A stretch of DNA of 64,000 nucleotides from Camelus dromedarius (Eukaryota). Made by a program: the position numbers and the translations under genes. Position 1 is the stretch's first letter. Every line of letters begins with the position of its first letter. Where the stretch lies: the NCBI RefSeq assembly GCF_036321535.1, contig NC_087436.1:40364001-40428000 (forward strand). Direction: 5' to 3'. Positions 1 through 15,403 of this stretch are shown in pieces. The notes under the pieces are model-generated. The model was not told the DNA's origin, ran no database searches, and was given only the letters and a program-made list of their open reading frames with translations.

Positions 1-1289
1 ACAATTATTACAACTGGAATGGGAATTCCCTACAGAGTTACATTGTGCAGAGAATAAGTAGTGCCATTAACAAGTCAAACTCTGAGCCCAGTGATTCACG
101 TGTTAATCAGGTTAGATTTATTGCTTATTTATCAATTGATCTGAACTTAGAGTCTGAGCTGCAAGAGTCTGACCATTGTAAGAATTCAGAAAAGTAAATA
201 GATTTCAAAAAATTAATCCAAACATTTGAGGAACAGCTAGTTATTGTCTCTAGAGATAGATGTTCCAAGCAGTCTCTTAGTGGTTGCTCAGCTCAGACAT
301 GTTAACATCTCTAAGCTTCCTCCTTCCCAACAAGATAGAATCTGGAGGGCTAAAATAGATCACCTCTGTAAACGTCTTAGCATATTGTCTGATATATAAA
401 AGAAGTGTATTACATTAAATGATAATTATTTAAATGATTACATATTGTCTTTCAGACTTAGGATCCATCCACTTTCTATTGTTTTTTCCATTTGGTGAAA
501 TTGCTGTATTCTGAAGAGTTTGTTTGTTTCATTTTTATTTCTCACCATGCCTTCATTAGATAGAGATCATCACAATTATTTTCCTTCTCATTATATATAT
601 TATTCTTGTTGAATTTATTAATCCAACAGGTATGTAATTGAACTCCTATGTACAAGAAATTACACCACTGAGATGGTGTAATTATGGAATAAAACTATTA
701 CTATCATATAATCTCTGTTGCAAGTCCATTGCCAAACATTGACCCAAATAACAGTTAAATACTGCATTTATTTAGTAATGGAGACCTGCATATATTCCTC
801 TCTTCAGGGCTGCTCATTCACATTTTTCTTATTCACTCACACATCAAACTGCATTTGAGGGTCCACTATGTATATAATATTGTGGAAGGTAATTTATAGT
901 TATAAGTAAGGTACACACCTAAAGAATTTATACAAAAAGTTATTTAGAGACTGAAACTTGGCTTAAAAAAAACTTAGAATGAATATAGAATGAAGTCAGA
1001 AACTTATGACCTTATAATTAAAGAATACTCAATCCAGTTAAATAGCATTTGCTTAGAAACATTTTTTTCATAATCAACCTCGCAATTGTCCTTCCTGTGC
1101 CAGGCACAAGCACTAACAAAATACAATTTAAAATACAATAGCATGAAAACTATAAATTGTCTGGAAATAAATCTAAGAAAAGTTATATAGGACTTCTTTA
1201 TATAATAGTACATAATATACATGTATATGTATATAAGTGTATTATATGTACATAATACTATTGAGAGAAATTAAGAAAGATGTAAGGAA

Positions 1290-2160
1290 ATGGAGGGGTA
1301 TCTATTGGTTGTGATTGCCAAAGGGGTCAGTGCCAATAGCAAACAGAAGTGCAAAGTTAGAGCCCTGGAATACATCAATGTTTAGAGACCATGGGAAAGA
1401 AGACAAACCATTATTTGAAACTGACTAGGAGAAGCCAAAGAAGTAGTAATAAAGTAAGGTTAAATATGATATTATGAAAGCCAGTTGAGTGTTTCTAGAG
1501 CAAGAGATTGATTATCCTTACCAAGTGCTGCTGCTAAGTCTAGTGAGATGAGTCCTCAGTACCCACCCTTAGAACATAGGTCTATTTTTATGTGGTGGAT
1601 TTCCACATGGAAGTAACTCATAACCTTAAAAAAAAAAAAAACAGATCAGTGACATTTGGAGTGTTCAAAAGAGAATGGAAGTTTTGCTCTAGAAGGAGGA
1701 AGAAAAACTGGGTGGCAGCCTGAGAGAGAGAAGGTTGTCATGAGAACTTTTTAAACATATGTATATTGATGGGAAACTTTCAGTAAGAGGAATGGATGAT
1801 AATGCATAAAAAAAAAATAGACATTTGTTAAAACAATATCCCTGAGTAGGAGATAAGTCATGTGATCTAGTTCAAAACTGGAGAAATGTGTCTTAGCCAG
1901 TGATGTGGATAGTGTTTCCAGAGTAAGAGTAAAGAAAATAATCTCTGTGGCAGACATGCATGGACGCATACATCTGTGTGACTGTGGCATTGGATGGTCT
2001 GTTCTTATCACTTACATTTACTGAATGAAATAAAGAGCAGTTTCATCATTTTAAGGGTGAGAAGAGGAGATGGGTACTTGAAGATTTTAAGAGAGGAGAA
2101 GGCATGGAATACACAGCTAGGAGAATGGGGAAATGAATGGACTAGGGAAGTTTTAGTATA
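1290..2160 (-). mobile_element. L2 LINE fragment(s)
   Basis: Purine-rich degenerate sequence with gagccctggaatac, ctgactaggaga, caagtgctgctgctaagtctagtgagatgag, gaagttttgct. Confidence 0.55.
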
Positions 2161-3284
2161 ATTTCCAAGCAATGTTAGTAGCCTTTGAGCATATTCATAA
2201 AGAATGCAAAAATGGAAATTCTCAAAATGATTACAAAATCAAAATATGTTTAAAATGCACCTTATGTCTAAACAGCAGGCTACAAAGCCATATGTACATA
2301 AATTGCTCAAAGAAAGTATATGTGGGAATTTCTATATTTCAATATTTTGTAATGAATGAATATTGAGTTAATAACAAACATACATTTCAGAACTTTTTAT
2401 GTGAAAATTAAGAAGAAATAAGATTATGAAAATAAACACATGTATCCTCTACCTAAATTTAAGTGGTTAACATTTTATCTTACTTACTGAATCAATCTCA
2501 CCTTTCTCTCTCCCACGTAGAGGTAAGCTATAGACATCCTGACACTTCGACCCTAAATATTTCAATATATATGCAAAAAATGTTCAATATGTTCAAAAAA
2601 AGGACATTGTCTACATAGCCATGATACCATTATTACACAAAAGAAAATAAATGATAATTTTATTACATTATGTAATATTTCTAGACCATATTAAATATTA
2701 CTTTTGTTCCAAAATATATTTTATACCTTAAAAATTCAATCAAGACTCTAATTGTTCATAAGATATTTATTTGCTATTTTTCTTTCATCTTACTTAGTCT
2801 GAAACAATCTCTATATTTTTCTTTCAAACTTGTCACATTTGAATAGTTCGGATTAGTTGTCTTGTAGAACATACCTTAATATAGATTTTTCTGATTGTTT
2901 CTTTATGACTAATAAATACATTAAAATATTTACCCTCACAAGTAACAAGAGATTTATAAAAATTTTCAAAGTCTATTTTCATGTTAATTTTGTGACAAGG
3001 AGAAATATGACATTATTCGGTGTTGAATAGGGTATATAAATAAATCCAGTAGGCATGAAATGTACAGCAGCATTTTAAACACTGGGAATCAGACCCCATT
3101 AATTGTTCTTGAATCCAAGTTAGTGGTCATAGCCAGGAATTTTAGAACAATCAAATAGAAAAGAGAAAAGAAGAAAGGAAAAAGAAAAGACAAAGGGAAA
3201 AAAATTATCGTTCAAGATGAGATAATGGTATCATTTTTGATGCTAGTTCTCAGAAGTCCTGATCTAATCCACCAAGATAAACTC

Positions 3285-3337
3285 TGTGTGTGTGTGTGTC
3301 TGTGTGTCTGTGTGTCTGTGTGTGTGTGTGTGTGTGT
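3285..3337 (+). repeat. Interrupted (TG)n microsatellite
   Basis: tgtgtg array with three tc interruptions spaced 8 bp apart. Confidence 0.95.
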
Positions 3338-6079
3338 AGTTTGGCTCCAGGATTATAGATCGCCACTTTAAACAATCCCTTTTTAGCTTTATATCATATA
3401 TGCCTCACCTTTAATATATGGAAATATTTTCTGTGGATTATATTTAAAGATGTAGATTCCAAAGCAAAAAATATTTTCACTCACTCAGGCACTTTGAAAA
3501 ATTAACTTGACTTTGTTCTCTGTCCACATATGTCCACAAGGTAATTAACTGACATTATTATATTCTATGTATATTCACCTGCTGATATCCCAGCATCCAT
3601 GTCAATGCATCTTAGGAACAGAGAAGAGTTATACAGAGGTGTGGACTATTGTAGTAATCATAAAACTTATATTGTGAGAATTTTGTCCATATGTATATAA
3701 TTATCAATATTTTGTTATGGTTGTCAAAAACTATTTCAATGTAAAAATGTCTGCCATTATTATTATTTTCTAATTATAATTAATATAGTGCACAGGAGAA
3801 AAGTAAGAAAAATTACAGGAAAAACATAAAAGTCATCTGCAATACTATTAATCCCCTAGAATAATTATAAAACACATTTGAAGGTGGGAATATACAGTTA
3901 AATTTTTCTGAGAAACAACTTTTGGAAATAGAATTTTCAAGTTTAAAGCCTTTTGTTGTGCATGATCAAATAGGAATTAAGGAAATTTGCACTGATTTTT
4001 ATTCCTGCAATCAAAGCAAAACAGCTGTTTCCAGAAGCATGACTAACAATACTTGGATTTACTAATTTATTTTTACATTTATAAAATGGGTGGTAGTTGT
4101 CTGAATTTACATTTTTTGAATGTACTAATTATTACCTATTAATATTATAGTTAATATATGTGCAAGTATGTTGATAACTGAAACTATTCAATAATATGAG
4201 TTTGTGGTATAATTGTAAGGAAAACTGTTTTATATTTATATATAGGGACTGTTTAATATTTAACACTGCTCACATACCTCAAATCTATCTTTACCTAGAG
4301 TTTCAGTGATAAGCATATAGAAGCATTACATGATTAAAAAAATATGAACAGGTGTAATTCTTGGTATGATAAAATAATTAAGCAGCTCATTAAATAAGTT
4401 ATCAAGCATATCCTAAAGACAGCACATGGTTGGGCCCACTGAATAGGCAAATTATAGGCTGTTACAATTTTGCTTATGGATTTCAAAGTCTAGCAGTTTA
4501 GAGGGGTATTTTTTTAATTAAAAAAAAGGTATTATGAAACTAAACAATGAATTGGATGTGTCTAAGCAAGTAACAGGATGTCAAGAAATGTTTTCATTTA
4601 CTAGTGATTCTTCAGCTTGATCTTAATTGGCTTTAATCAGTTAAGGTAACATGGAGGAGGGAAGAAGTGTTTTCAGGTAGGAAGAAATGTGAAGGATGAG
4701 AAACGATTGGAATTTTTAGAGACATTCAAGGCTGTGTAAATGAGTTGATGTAGACAAAGAAAGGGGTTAATACTGACTTTAAGGGAGACGAGATTAGAGG
4801 CTAGTCAGAGGAGGGATAGTAAATCTAATTTATTAAAAAACAGCAGACACTATAGAAGCAGTTTAAGTCAGGAAGTAACATGATTAATTCTTCATTTTCA
4901 AAGAAATTATGCTAACAGTGATGGGACAAACCAGGTAGGTAGACCTTCAGTCTCAGGGTAGCTTGATATTACAATTTTAATTAGGTTTCATTGGCAAAAG
5001 ATATCCTGGGCATTTGTGTTTTGAGGATAATGAAATGCTTTGGCTCTATGGAAAAGGCTAGAAGATTGTATCAGGGGCTTCTATTTATCTCTATTTTCCT
5101 TCCCAATTATTTCCTCTAATTGAAGAATGGACATGAAGTACCGAACTATAATTGTCTTCGTCTTTGTAAGCCTAACAAATGAGCACTGTTTTATCTGCCT
5201 TGCCTACATGGGCCAATGACAGTAAGACCCAGGAAGCGTTCTATTGTGATTATAATGGCTGAAAAGCACGCCAAGAATCCATTGTGTGCTGTTTACTGCT
5301 ACCCTAAAAATGAATTTTATTGCTGTCCTAGTCCCATTTTGCTATTATGTATATTGATTATGTGATTTGGGTCATTTAATAGTTTACCTTCTATGAAGAT
5401 CATACAGTTTCCTTTTACCACAATCTACTTTCATCTGTTTTTTTTTTTTCCAGCCCAGCAATTTAAGCTTAAATTGTTAGAAAAATTTAAAAATGAGCTA
5501 TAATTGGCCCTAGAAATGGATGGAATGAATAAGCACACTTAGCTTAGTTGTGATTTGTAATATTTATCCCAGCAAATGCTAAATTTAAAAATAATTTCAA
5601 GAAAAATGAGAATGTTCAGCCAAATAACATCAAAGTCTATTCTAGTCATGATTTTATTTTTCTTGCAAACTGATTTTTCTGGCACATATTTAGTATAAAG
5701 CAAACAAGCCTCTCTCCTCAAATAAATAACTGGATGTAGTAATTTTTTTAGAGAATATGTAATTTTTTCCAATTGTGAATATAAATTGAGGAGAAGCTTA
5801 GAAATGCAATCCACATTCAAATTCACATAAAGAATATAGTAGAAAAGTTAACATCTGGTACCAAAGAATGGTAAATACTAAATAAAATCTATGTTTAAGT
5901 TAGTAAATAATGTTTTTCAGAAACTACCTGTGATGTAAATTGATAACAACACTATTTGTTTATAATGAATTTTTAAATTTTAATTGCTTTATTTGTCCTT
6001 CAAATACATTTTGAGGAGGTACTAGGCCTCATGATATAGAAGGTAACAAAAGAGACTGAAAATGTATTTATAAGAGAAC

Positions 6080-7290
6080 GTAAGGACTTTTGGATTTAGG
6101 CAAGAAATACAAACAACTATATAAGATATACAGCATAGTGAATGATAAGGACTCTAGGGAAAACAAAATAAAGAAAGGTGCAGGAATTTCTGAGGAAGAA
6201 ATTGCTATATATTGAGTAATCCGCAGAGGGGCAATAAGGTAATTATTAGAATCCCAGTGTAGCTGAGAGAGAAAGCTGTAAGGTCTAGAGGAAGAGTATT
6301 AGAGTCAGAAAGTCAGTGAAAGGCCCTTGGGTCTTGTAATATTTGAGGACTAGAAGAAGCACAATGTTAAAAGATACTGTGAGTGAGGGGGAGAATGTTA
6401 GAAGATGAGGCTGGGATATAAGAAAAGAGCTGATTATGAAGGGTTCTCTAGGTCAAAGAATCTTTTTCTTTCACTGATTTAGGTGAATTGGAGAGCTTTG
6501 AGCACAGGGGCGGCTTACACTTTAATAAAATCACTCTGGCCGTTATTTTGAGAATAGCCTGCAAGATGGGCGATGGCAAAAATTGCAGGGATACAGTGAT
6601 GGCTTGGTCCAGAGTTGCAGCAGAAGAGGTGGTAAGAAATGCTGGATTCTGGATATCCTAGGAAGAACCAAAAATCTGTCAATATATTAGATGTGGCACA
6701 CGAGGGAAGTCAAGGATAATGCTAAAACATCTTACCCGAGTAACTGAAAAATGAGATTGCCTTAATGTAATAAGAGAAAGATTATGAGAGGAACCATTTT
6801 GAAAGGGAAGGTCAGGAAGTTCAATAGGTTACATTTGAAATGTAGAAATGTCTATTATGCATATGTCTGGAGTTCAGAGAAAAGATCAATACTGGGCATA
6901 TATTAGGTAGATTTCAACATGAAACTGGATGAGATTACCTCTGGATGAGTGTAGATGGTAAATAGGAGTGGTAGGAGTTATGATTCTGTTATCACTCAAA
7001 CAAGAACCTTGGGAGACTATTAAGGACCAGTAAGTGAAAAGGAGACACCAATAAATAAAGAAGAAAACTGGGAGACTCTGAAGTACTAACAATCAAATCA
7101 CTGTATCAAAGGCTAATACACAGGCAAATGAAATACGGACTGAAAATTGATCATCACATTTAAAATATGGAAGTCTTTGGTGAAACTGGTAAAAGCATTT
7201 TGGTGAAATGACATGGCCAAATTCCAATTATGGTAGTTTCAAAAGACAGTGTTAAGAGAGGAATTGGAAATGGATAAAATTATTCTTTTT
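6080..7290 (-). mobile_element. L2 LINE fragment
   Basis: gaagatgaggctggg; atcactctggc; ggattctggata; gaagtcaaggataatgct; tctggagttcagaga; ggatgagattacc, typical of antisense L2. Confidence 0.75.
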
Positions 7291-7349
7291 AAAAAAATAT
7301 ATTATAAAAATAATGCAATAAAGTGATATTAGTTAAAGTATGACATGGC

Positions 7350-10300
7350 TTTTTAAAATTAATACAATTTATTTTTTAGGGCAGTTTTAGGTTCACAGCA
7401 AAACTGAGTGGCAAGTACAGAGTTCCAAAATATTCGTGTACAAACTTTCCCACTATCAACTTCCCACACCACAGTGGTATTTTGCTACAGTTGATGAATT
7501 TACACTGACATAATCACAAGAGGTCTATAGTTGACCTTGGTATTTATTCTTGGTGTTTTACATTCTATGAATTTGGACAAATGCATAATGAAATATATGT
7601 ACCATTATAGTATTTCACTGCTTTAAAAATTCTCTGTACTCCTCCTATTTATTCCTAGCTCTGTAAACTTTAGAATTAGTTTGCTGGTATCTGTAAAGTA
7701 GCTGGCTGGCTTACTTGGGATTGCATTTAATCTACACAGCAAATTGGTAAGTACTAACATCTTGACAATATTGAGTCTTCCTTTCCATGAACATGGATTA
7801 TTTCTCCATTTATTTAATTGTATGATTTTTTTCATTAGACTTTTGTAGTTTTTCTCATGTAGATCGTGTACATATTTTGTTAAACTTAACCTTAAGTAGT
7901 TCATAGATTTTCATCCTAATGTAAGTGGAATTGTGATTAAATTTCAGATTCTACTGTTCATTGCTTTTATGTAGAAAAATGATGGGGTATTGTATATTAA
8001 TCTGGTATCCTGCAGATAATTGCTGTAATTGCTTATTGGTTCTAGGAATTATTGTCAATTTTTTTGGATTTTCTACATAAATGATTGTGTCATCTGTGAA
8101 CAAGACAATTTTATTTCTTCTTCCCAATCTGTATACTTTTTATTTCCTTTTATTGCCTTTCTCCATTAGCAAGGAAATCCAGTACAATGTGGAAAATGAG
8201 TGGTCAGAGGGGACATCGTTGCTTTGTCCTTGTCTTTGTCGGAGGTCTCAAGTTTCTCACCATTAACTATGATGTTAGTTGTAGGTTTTTTGTAAATAAT
8301 CTTTATCAAGTTGAGAAAATTCCCCTCATTATTGGTTTACTGAGAGTTTTAATCAGGAATGGATGTTTGATTTTGTCAAATTCTTTTTCTGCATCCATTG
8401 ATACAATCATGTGGTTCTTTGTTCGTCTGTTGATGTGAGGGATTATACTAATTGGTGTTCAAATATTGAACCAGCCTTGTAAACCTGGGACAAATCACAG
8501 TTGGTCATGGTGTATAAATATTTTTATACATTGTTAAATTCAATTTACTAATGTATTTTTGAGAATTTTGCATCTTTGTTTATGAGAAAAATTGTACTAT
8601 AGTTTTTCTTTTTTAATGTCTATTTCTGATTTTAGTACTAGGATAATGCTATCCTCATGGAATGAGGTATAAAGTATTTCTTCTGCTTCTATTCTCTGAA
8701 AGAGATAGTATTGGTATAATTTCTCTTTTACATGTTTAGTAGAATTTATCAGTGAACCCATTTGGCCTGGTGCTTTCTGTTTTGGAAGGTTGTTAATTAT
8801 TTATTCAGTTTAATAGATATAGGCTATTTAGATTGTGTATGTCTTCTTATGTAAGTTTTAGAAGATTATTTTTTAATTTATTTTCGCTGAAAGTAATTTT
8901 TAATATCTCTTGAGATTTATTCTTTTACCAACGTGTTATTTAGAAGTATATTGTTTAATATCCAAGTATTTGGCGATTTTCCAGTTATCTATCTGTTACT
9001 GAATCCTGGCTTAATTCCATTGTGGTCTGAAAGCAGACATTGCAAAATTTCTCTTTTAAGTTTAAGGTGTGTTTTATAGCCCAGAATGTGGTCTGTCTTG
9101 TTGAAAGTTACATATTAGCTTGAGAAGTATGTGTATTCTGCTGTTGTTGGATGAAATTTTCTCTGATGTCAATTATATCCAGTTGATTGATGTTGTTATT
9201 GAGTTCATCTATGTTTTTACTGATTTTCTGTCTGCTGTATCTTTCAATTTCAATAGAATGGTGTTGAAGTCTCCACCTATGTTAGTGAATGCATCTGTTT
9301 CTCCTTGTAGTTCTATAGTTTTTGCCTCATGTATTTTGACATTCTGCTTTTAGGTGTATACACATTACAGAATAAGTCTTCTTGGAGAATTGACCGTCTT
9401 TATTATATGTAATACTCTTTATCCTTGATAACTTTCCTTGCTTTGAAGTCTTCTCTTTCTGAAATTATACAGCCTCTCCTGCTTACACCTAATTGATCTT
9501 CACATGGTATTTTTCTCCCATCTATTTACTTTTAATCTATATGTCTTTATATTTAAAGTGAGTTTCTCGCATCCAACATATGGTTACCTGTTGTTTTTTG
9601 ATCTACTCTGACAATCTCTTTTAATTGGCACATTTAGACCATGGATATTCAAAGTGATTATAGATAATGCTGGATTAGTATATATTATACTTTTTTACTG
9701 TTTTCTATTTGTTTTGTTTTGTTTTCTTTTTGTCTTTCATACTTTTTGTATCTTTGTGGTGTTAATTGAGCATAATTATACCATTATTTATAAATACATT
9801 ATATAAAATGGAATTATACTATTCCATTTTCTCTCCTTTATTAGCATATTAATTATACTTACCTTTTTGAATTTTTTTTTAGTGATTGTCCTGGAGTTTG
9901 CAGCATATACTTACAGTTAATTCAAATCTCTTTTAAATAACACTATACTACTACACAGGCAGTGTATCTTACAATAACAAAATAATTCTAAGTGTCCTCC
10001 CCATCCCCTTTGTCATTTCTCCCATTCATTTCACTTATATCTAAACATACATAAGCATATATGTATACATGTACATATATGTGTATATAACCATGAGCAT
10101 AAATAATGGAATACATTGTTGCTTTTATCATTTTGAAGAAACTCATCTGTTAGATCATTACCTCAATTAAGAACTTTTTAAAAGCTTTTATTTTACCTTC
10201 ACCTAATCTTTCAGTGCTTTTTCTTTCTTTATGTTGTTCCAAGTCTCTGATCTATATTATTTTTCTCCTCTCTAAAGGAACTTCTTTTAATATTTTTTTC

Positions 10301-12155
10301 CAAGTAGGTTTACTAGAAACATATTTCCTTACTTTTTGTCTGTTTGAGAAAGTCTTTGTTTTTCCTTCTCTTTTAACACATGATTTTGCAGGATACAGAA
10401 GTCTAGGTTAATGGGGTTTCTTTTCTTTCAGCCCTTTAAATATTTCTCACTCTCTACTCAGTTGCATGGTTTCTGGGGAGAAGTCAGATGTAATTCTTAG
10501 CTTTGTTTCTCTATAGGTAATTTGGGGTATTTTTCCCTCTGCCTTCTTTCAGGATTTTTCTTTATCTTTGATTTTACATGTTTTCAAAACTATAGTCCAC
10601 GGTATTTTTTGTTTGTTTGTTTTTGACATTTATCCTGCTTGTTACTCTTTGAGCTTTCTGAATCTGTTGTTTGGTATCTGAAATTAAATTGTGGAAATTC
10701 TCAGTGATTATTGTTTCAAATATCTCTTGTTTGTTTTGTTTTTCTTCTCTTTCTGGTGTTTTCATTATGGATATATTACATCTTTTGTAGTTTCTCAAAG
10801 TCCTTGAATATTCTTGTGGTTTTTTTTTTTTCAATTTTTGTCCTCTATCCTTTTCAGTTTTCAAGATTTCTAGATACCTTCAAGCTCAGAGGTCCTTTTC
10901 TCAGCCTTGTCCAGTCTACTAATAAGCCCATCAGAGCATTCTTCATTTCTGTTATAGTATTTGGGATCTCTAAAATTTTTTTTTTTTAGTTATTTCTTAG
11001 GATTTTCATCTCTCAGCTTACACTGCACATCTATTTTTGCATGGTTTCTACATACTCATTAGTGACCTTAACATAATAATCATAGTTGTTTTAAGTTCTT
11101 GGTCTGATAATTCCAACATCTCTCTCATGTCTGTTTCTGATGCTTGCTCTGGGTCTTCAAATTGTTGCCTTTTGCTGTGCCTTGTAATTTTTTCTTGAGA
11201 GCTAGATGTGCTGTTCTGAGTAAAAGAAACTGCCAACTTCCTAGTATGGTAATTCTGACATTTCTGCCATGCCTGACTCTGGTTTTCATGTTTGTCCAGG
11301 TTCTTCAAACTATGTTTTTTGCCTTTTAATATGCTTCGTATTTGTTCTTGTTGTTGTTGTTGAAAGGTGTATATGATAACCTGGGTAAGTGAATCTTTGT
11401 AAGTAGCCATGGGAAGGTAGTGGAATGAGAAATCATTCTGTAGTCCTGTAACTTTTGGTGAGTCCCTGAACTGTGAACTTCACCAGTGCCTCTCAACTTC
11501 TCCCCCATCCCCTCTATGTGGGATAGGATAACTAGAGAGGGCTGCAGCTGGGCATTTTCCTTTCCTCGTGTGGAACATTAGAGCCAGCTGGAGTTGGGTA
11601 TTACCATGCCCCAGCGGTTCAGGTTCTAATAGAATGCCAGCACGTTGGGCTCTGGTAAAATTGCTCCTCCTGAGGGCTGGCTTTGTAAAGAGAAACAGAA
11701 TTCTCTAGAATATTTCAAAATGGTTTCTTTTCCCCTCCCCCTGCCAGATGCATGAGGCTTTTCTCCAGTATTTACTGTGAGGAGCTGTAGAATTCCTGGG
11801 GGTAAAAATTGCTACGTGGAGGTAAAAATCCTGCAATGACTGGATCCCCTTGGATATTTTAACTCTCAAACTTGTCCTGACTGAGCCTCCAGAAATTTTT
11901 CGATTATGGTTAGCTTTCCCAACCCACACGGCGCTTACTGCAGAAATTGCTGCCCTGATTAGTTGTAATGCTCTGTGTCTGCTTGTCTGTCCCTCCAACT
12001 TGAAGGACAGTGGTTTGCCCTGAAACTTCAGTTCTCTAACAGCTCTAAGGAGAAACTGTTGATTTTTTTCTAGTTTTTTCAGCTTTTTCTTGTTAGGAAA
12101 GAATTATGACTTCTAAGCTCCTTATCTGCTGCATGACTGAAAACCAGAAGTCAGA
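7350..12155 (-). mobile_element. Ancient L1 (L1MC-like), near end-to-end with internal deletions
   Basis: 3'UTR at ~7350-7655. ORF2 remnants include LNKWRNNPCSWKGRLNIVKM at 7623-7904 and RT/EN-like DNA to ~9670. ORF1 remnants are EIFETIITENFHNLISDTKQQIQKAQR (10574-10864) and EMLELSDQELKTTMIIMLRSL (11048-11410). A 5'UTR-like region runs to ~12150. Confidence 0.85.
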
Positions 12156-15100
12156 TAGTTTATTTTTTAAGTTGGGAAAAAGAAAAGTTTGTTTGAACAG
12201 TGTAGAAAAAGTGCAATAGATAGAAAAAAAATGGTGATTCAAGATAATCCTTGAACTAAATATTTGAGTAATGACTTGAGGTCGATTGTAGGGTACAATT
12301 GGGTTTATCGATTAATAATTTGCATTGTATCTTTTTGAGTTCTTAAAGTATTAACTTCTCTGCCAATGCATTTAGAATGATTCATATTGGAATTTAAATG
12401 CTGAGTTGTATTGTATATCTTACATTCTTTACATAAAAATGGTTGCTTTGAAATTAGAATGCACATTTTTTTTTTCTTTTTACTGTGATAAACTATTTGT
12501 CTCTTTACACAAAACATTTTCTGCTCTTGGAAAATTAAAAATATATTTCTGTTGTTTCCTTTTTATAAATAATTTTATAGTAAAAGGAGTGTAGGATGAT
12601 TTTTAAAAATTATTTATTGATGATCCATTGCTACCTTTAGCATTTTGTTCATCTTTGAGAATTTTAGCTTGATTTATTAAGGAACATTAACTCATGCAAA
12701 TAAACCCAATACTTAAAAGAACAATTCATTGGGTTTCATATATTTCTAAAGGTCTTCTTACTTCACCAATTTATCATTTCTTAGAAAAAAATAAGTAATA
12801 TCTTTTAAAATCAAGGGAATTGGAAAATATTCATGTAAAAACTGACTTCTGTGATTCATTTTATCTCTTATATGGAATAAAAAAGAAAAAATGTGAGTAA
12901 TAAGAGAACACTACATCAATACATTTTTTTTCTTTACAAGGTTGATGCTAGAATTACTTAAAAGAAATACAATTAAACCATAATTTTATTTCAAAGTTGA
13001 CTTATCTCTATAGCTCACATGATAAGATTTGTCAAATCCATACTGTAGAAAACTACTAAAGAATAAATTTGAAAAGAGTGAGACAACAATCAAAGAGGAC
13101 AGATAAATACACATTTTTCATAACACCAACCTTTTCATAGGTCTTGGGTTCCTGCTCTTGGATCGCATGTTTTTTCCTTGTGAAAAATGCAATGAACTTT
13201 TTCATTTATTTCTGAAATCATTCCAAATCAATGAATTGTACATTCCCTATATTCTGGGCAATTTTATACCATTTATGAAATGATGAATAGGAAGTGATCT
13301 CTGCTCTTCCAAAACTCAGATAAGGGCTTGCCTTTCAAACTCATATTATTTCTGACACATAACTCTTACTTTTACTATTTGTATGCTAGGTTGTCTTGAT
13401 CAACTCTAATGCTGAAAACAATTTGTAAAGGTGAAAATTAGTTAAGGAAATGTGCTCTATGAGATTAGAAAGCTGCCAATGAAGTGTGGAATTGGGGCTC
13501 AAATCCATGACAGCAGAGAGGGAGCCAGATATTAGCTGTGATTCCTTCCTACAGGCAAACATTCCCAGAAGGTTTGGTAATTTTAACAGCTTTGGTTGAG
13601 AAGCTAAAAACCTGAGCAGAGCTTTTGACAGATCTGAGGAACACAAATTAGAATTTAGGATCTACTAAGGAGTAAGGCCTCTGGAAAATACTCTGTTTTA
13701 GTTGGTCCCCTAGCACTACAGCTGAACTGGAAATAGATTAATTTTTCAGGGTCAGAAGTCAGCTTTAAATTATCTCCATATCTTATTGAATTAAGACAAA
13801 ACTAGTGTCTCTAAATTAAGTGCCTATTAGAAGAAAAGAAAATTAATATTGGGATGCAAAGAGTATCATACCAAGTTTCAACCATCAAGAAAACTTTTAT
13901 GTAAAATATCCAGTACACAATTAAAACTTCTCACTCATGCGAAAGTATGAGTCATGACAGAAAAATAAGAGAAAAAAAGAGATAGTAGGAACATGGCTCT
14001 TTTTCTGTTCTTTTAAGTATTGGGTTTATTTATGTGAGTTATTATTCTTTACTAAATCAAGCTGAAATTCTTGAAGATAAAAAAATGCTAATAATTAGGA
14101 TTAATCAGATACTTCAAGGTTATTATATTCAAGCAGTGAAAGTTACAAAGTTGAAATTCCAAGAAAGAACTGACAATTATAAGAGTAATTAAATGGAGAC
14201 CTTTGAAATGGAAAAAAAAAAAACACAATAAAATCAATTCTGCAAAGAGAATTTCACTTCTGCTTGGGATACAAGTGTATACGTTATCCTTCATGCTTAG
14301 GGTAAGACAAAGAAAAAGTCACATAAAGTGGTGGGTGAATCAGAGTCTTCATGACTGATCTGCAGCGGGCAGAGCCTTTCACAGATGAGTAGCAAGTCAT
14401 CTTAGTTTAGATGCTAGGTGTATGTGCTGGAGAAGCAGGGACTATCTTGCCAAAGACTTCAAGAGTTCATTGTGTCTAGAAGAGGCAAGTGAGATACTAT
14501 GAAAAGAGAAAGAATAAATACAATAAATGGTAAAGTGTAAACCTGTTTTTCACTTTCCAGTACTTGCTACATAGATATTAAAAGTCTTCTGCTTATAACA
14601 AATGGTTTATATTTCTAGTAATTCTCTATTGTAAAGCTAGGATCCTGCAATGGGAATGCATTGCCAGAGCGCAGTTTACAGACTTGGTTCTCCGAAGGGC
14701 AAGAGGAAAAAACACAGAAACGAATAATATTAAGAATAAAACCAAACATCTTAGTGAATAAAGGAAGAAAACTAAGTGACTGCTCTCTTCTACCAGTAAC
14801 ACCAGCTGGGAGAGCTGTACTCTGTGCCCGGGAAACCCACACTATCTAATTGTTTTAGAAAGAAAAATTAATGTATTTACCAAAAAGGCTACAGTATGCA
14901 ATTCATTTCCAAGTCTCCTGGGGTAGTTACTCTGGTGCTTTTCACAAGTTGTGTTATGGTTTAACTATTTCTTTGTGTCTAGATTGAATTGTTTCCAAAA
15001 CAAAGCGCTTAACCTATGTAAAATCATCATTTAAAATTAATAATTCACAGGCAGAAACCAAGGTTTGCTGAACTTGAAAATTTTGTTTTTCTAAGCAATG

Positions 15101-15403
15101 GCCATAATGAAAGGTCTTACTTTAATAGTTTACTGACTTACCTTAGAAAATCCCATTTAGTGTTTGGACTAAGTTCAAATACTCTTTTTACTTAGATACT
15201 GTTTAAAATTTCATGTCAGTTTTGCAGTCTACAAAGAATAGCATAAGTTACAAAGTAGAGTAATTTTTTTAAATTAAAGTAGATATACCACTTAGAATAA
15301 ATATTAACTAAGTCAGGAGGAAAATAATAGCACAAACAGAGCAGAGACTGGACTATGTGAATCATGTAAATTTTGGTAATTTTAACCCAAGTGCTTGTAT
15401 ATG

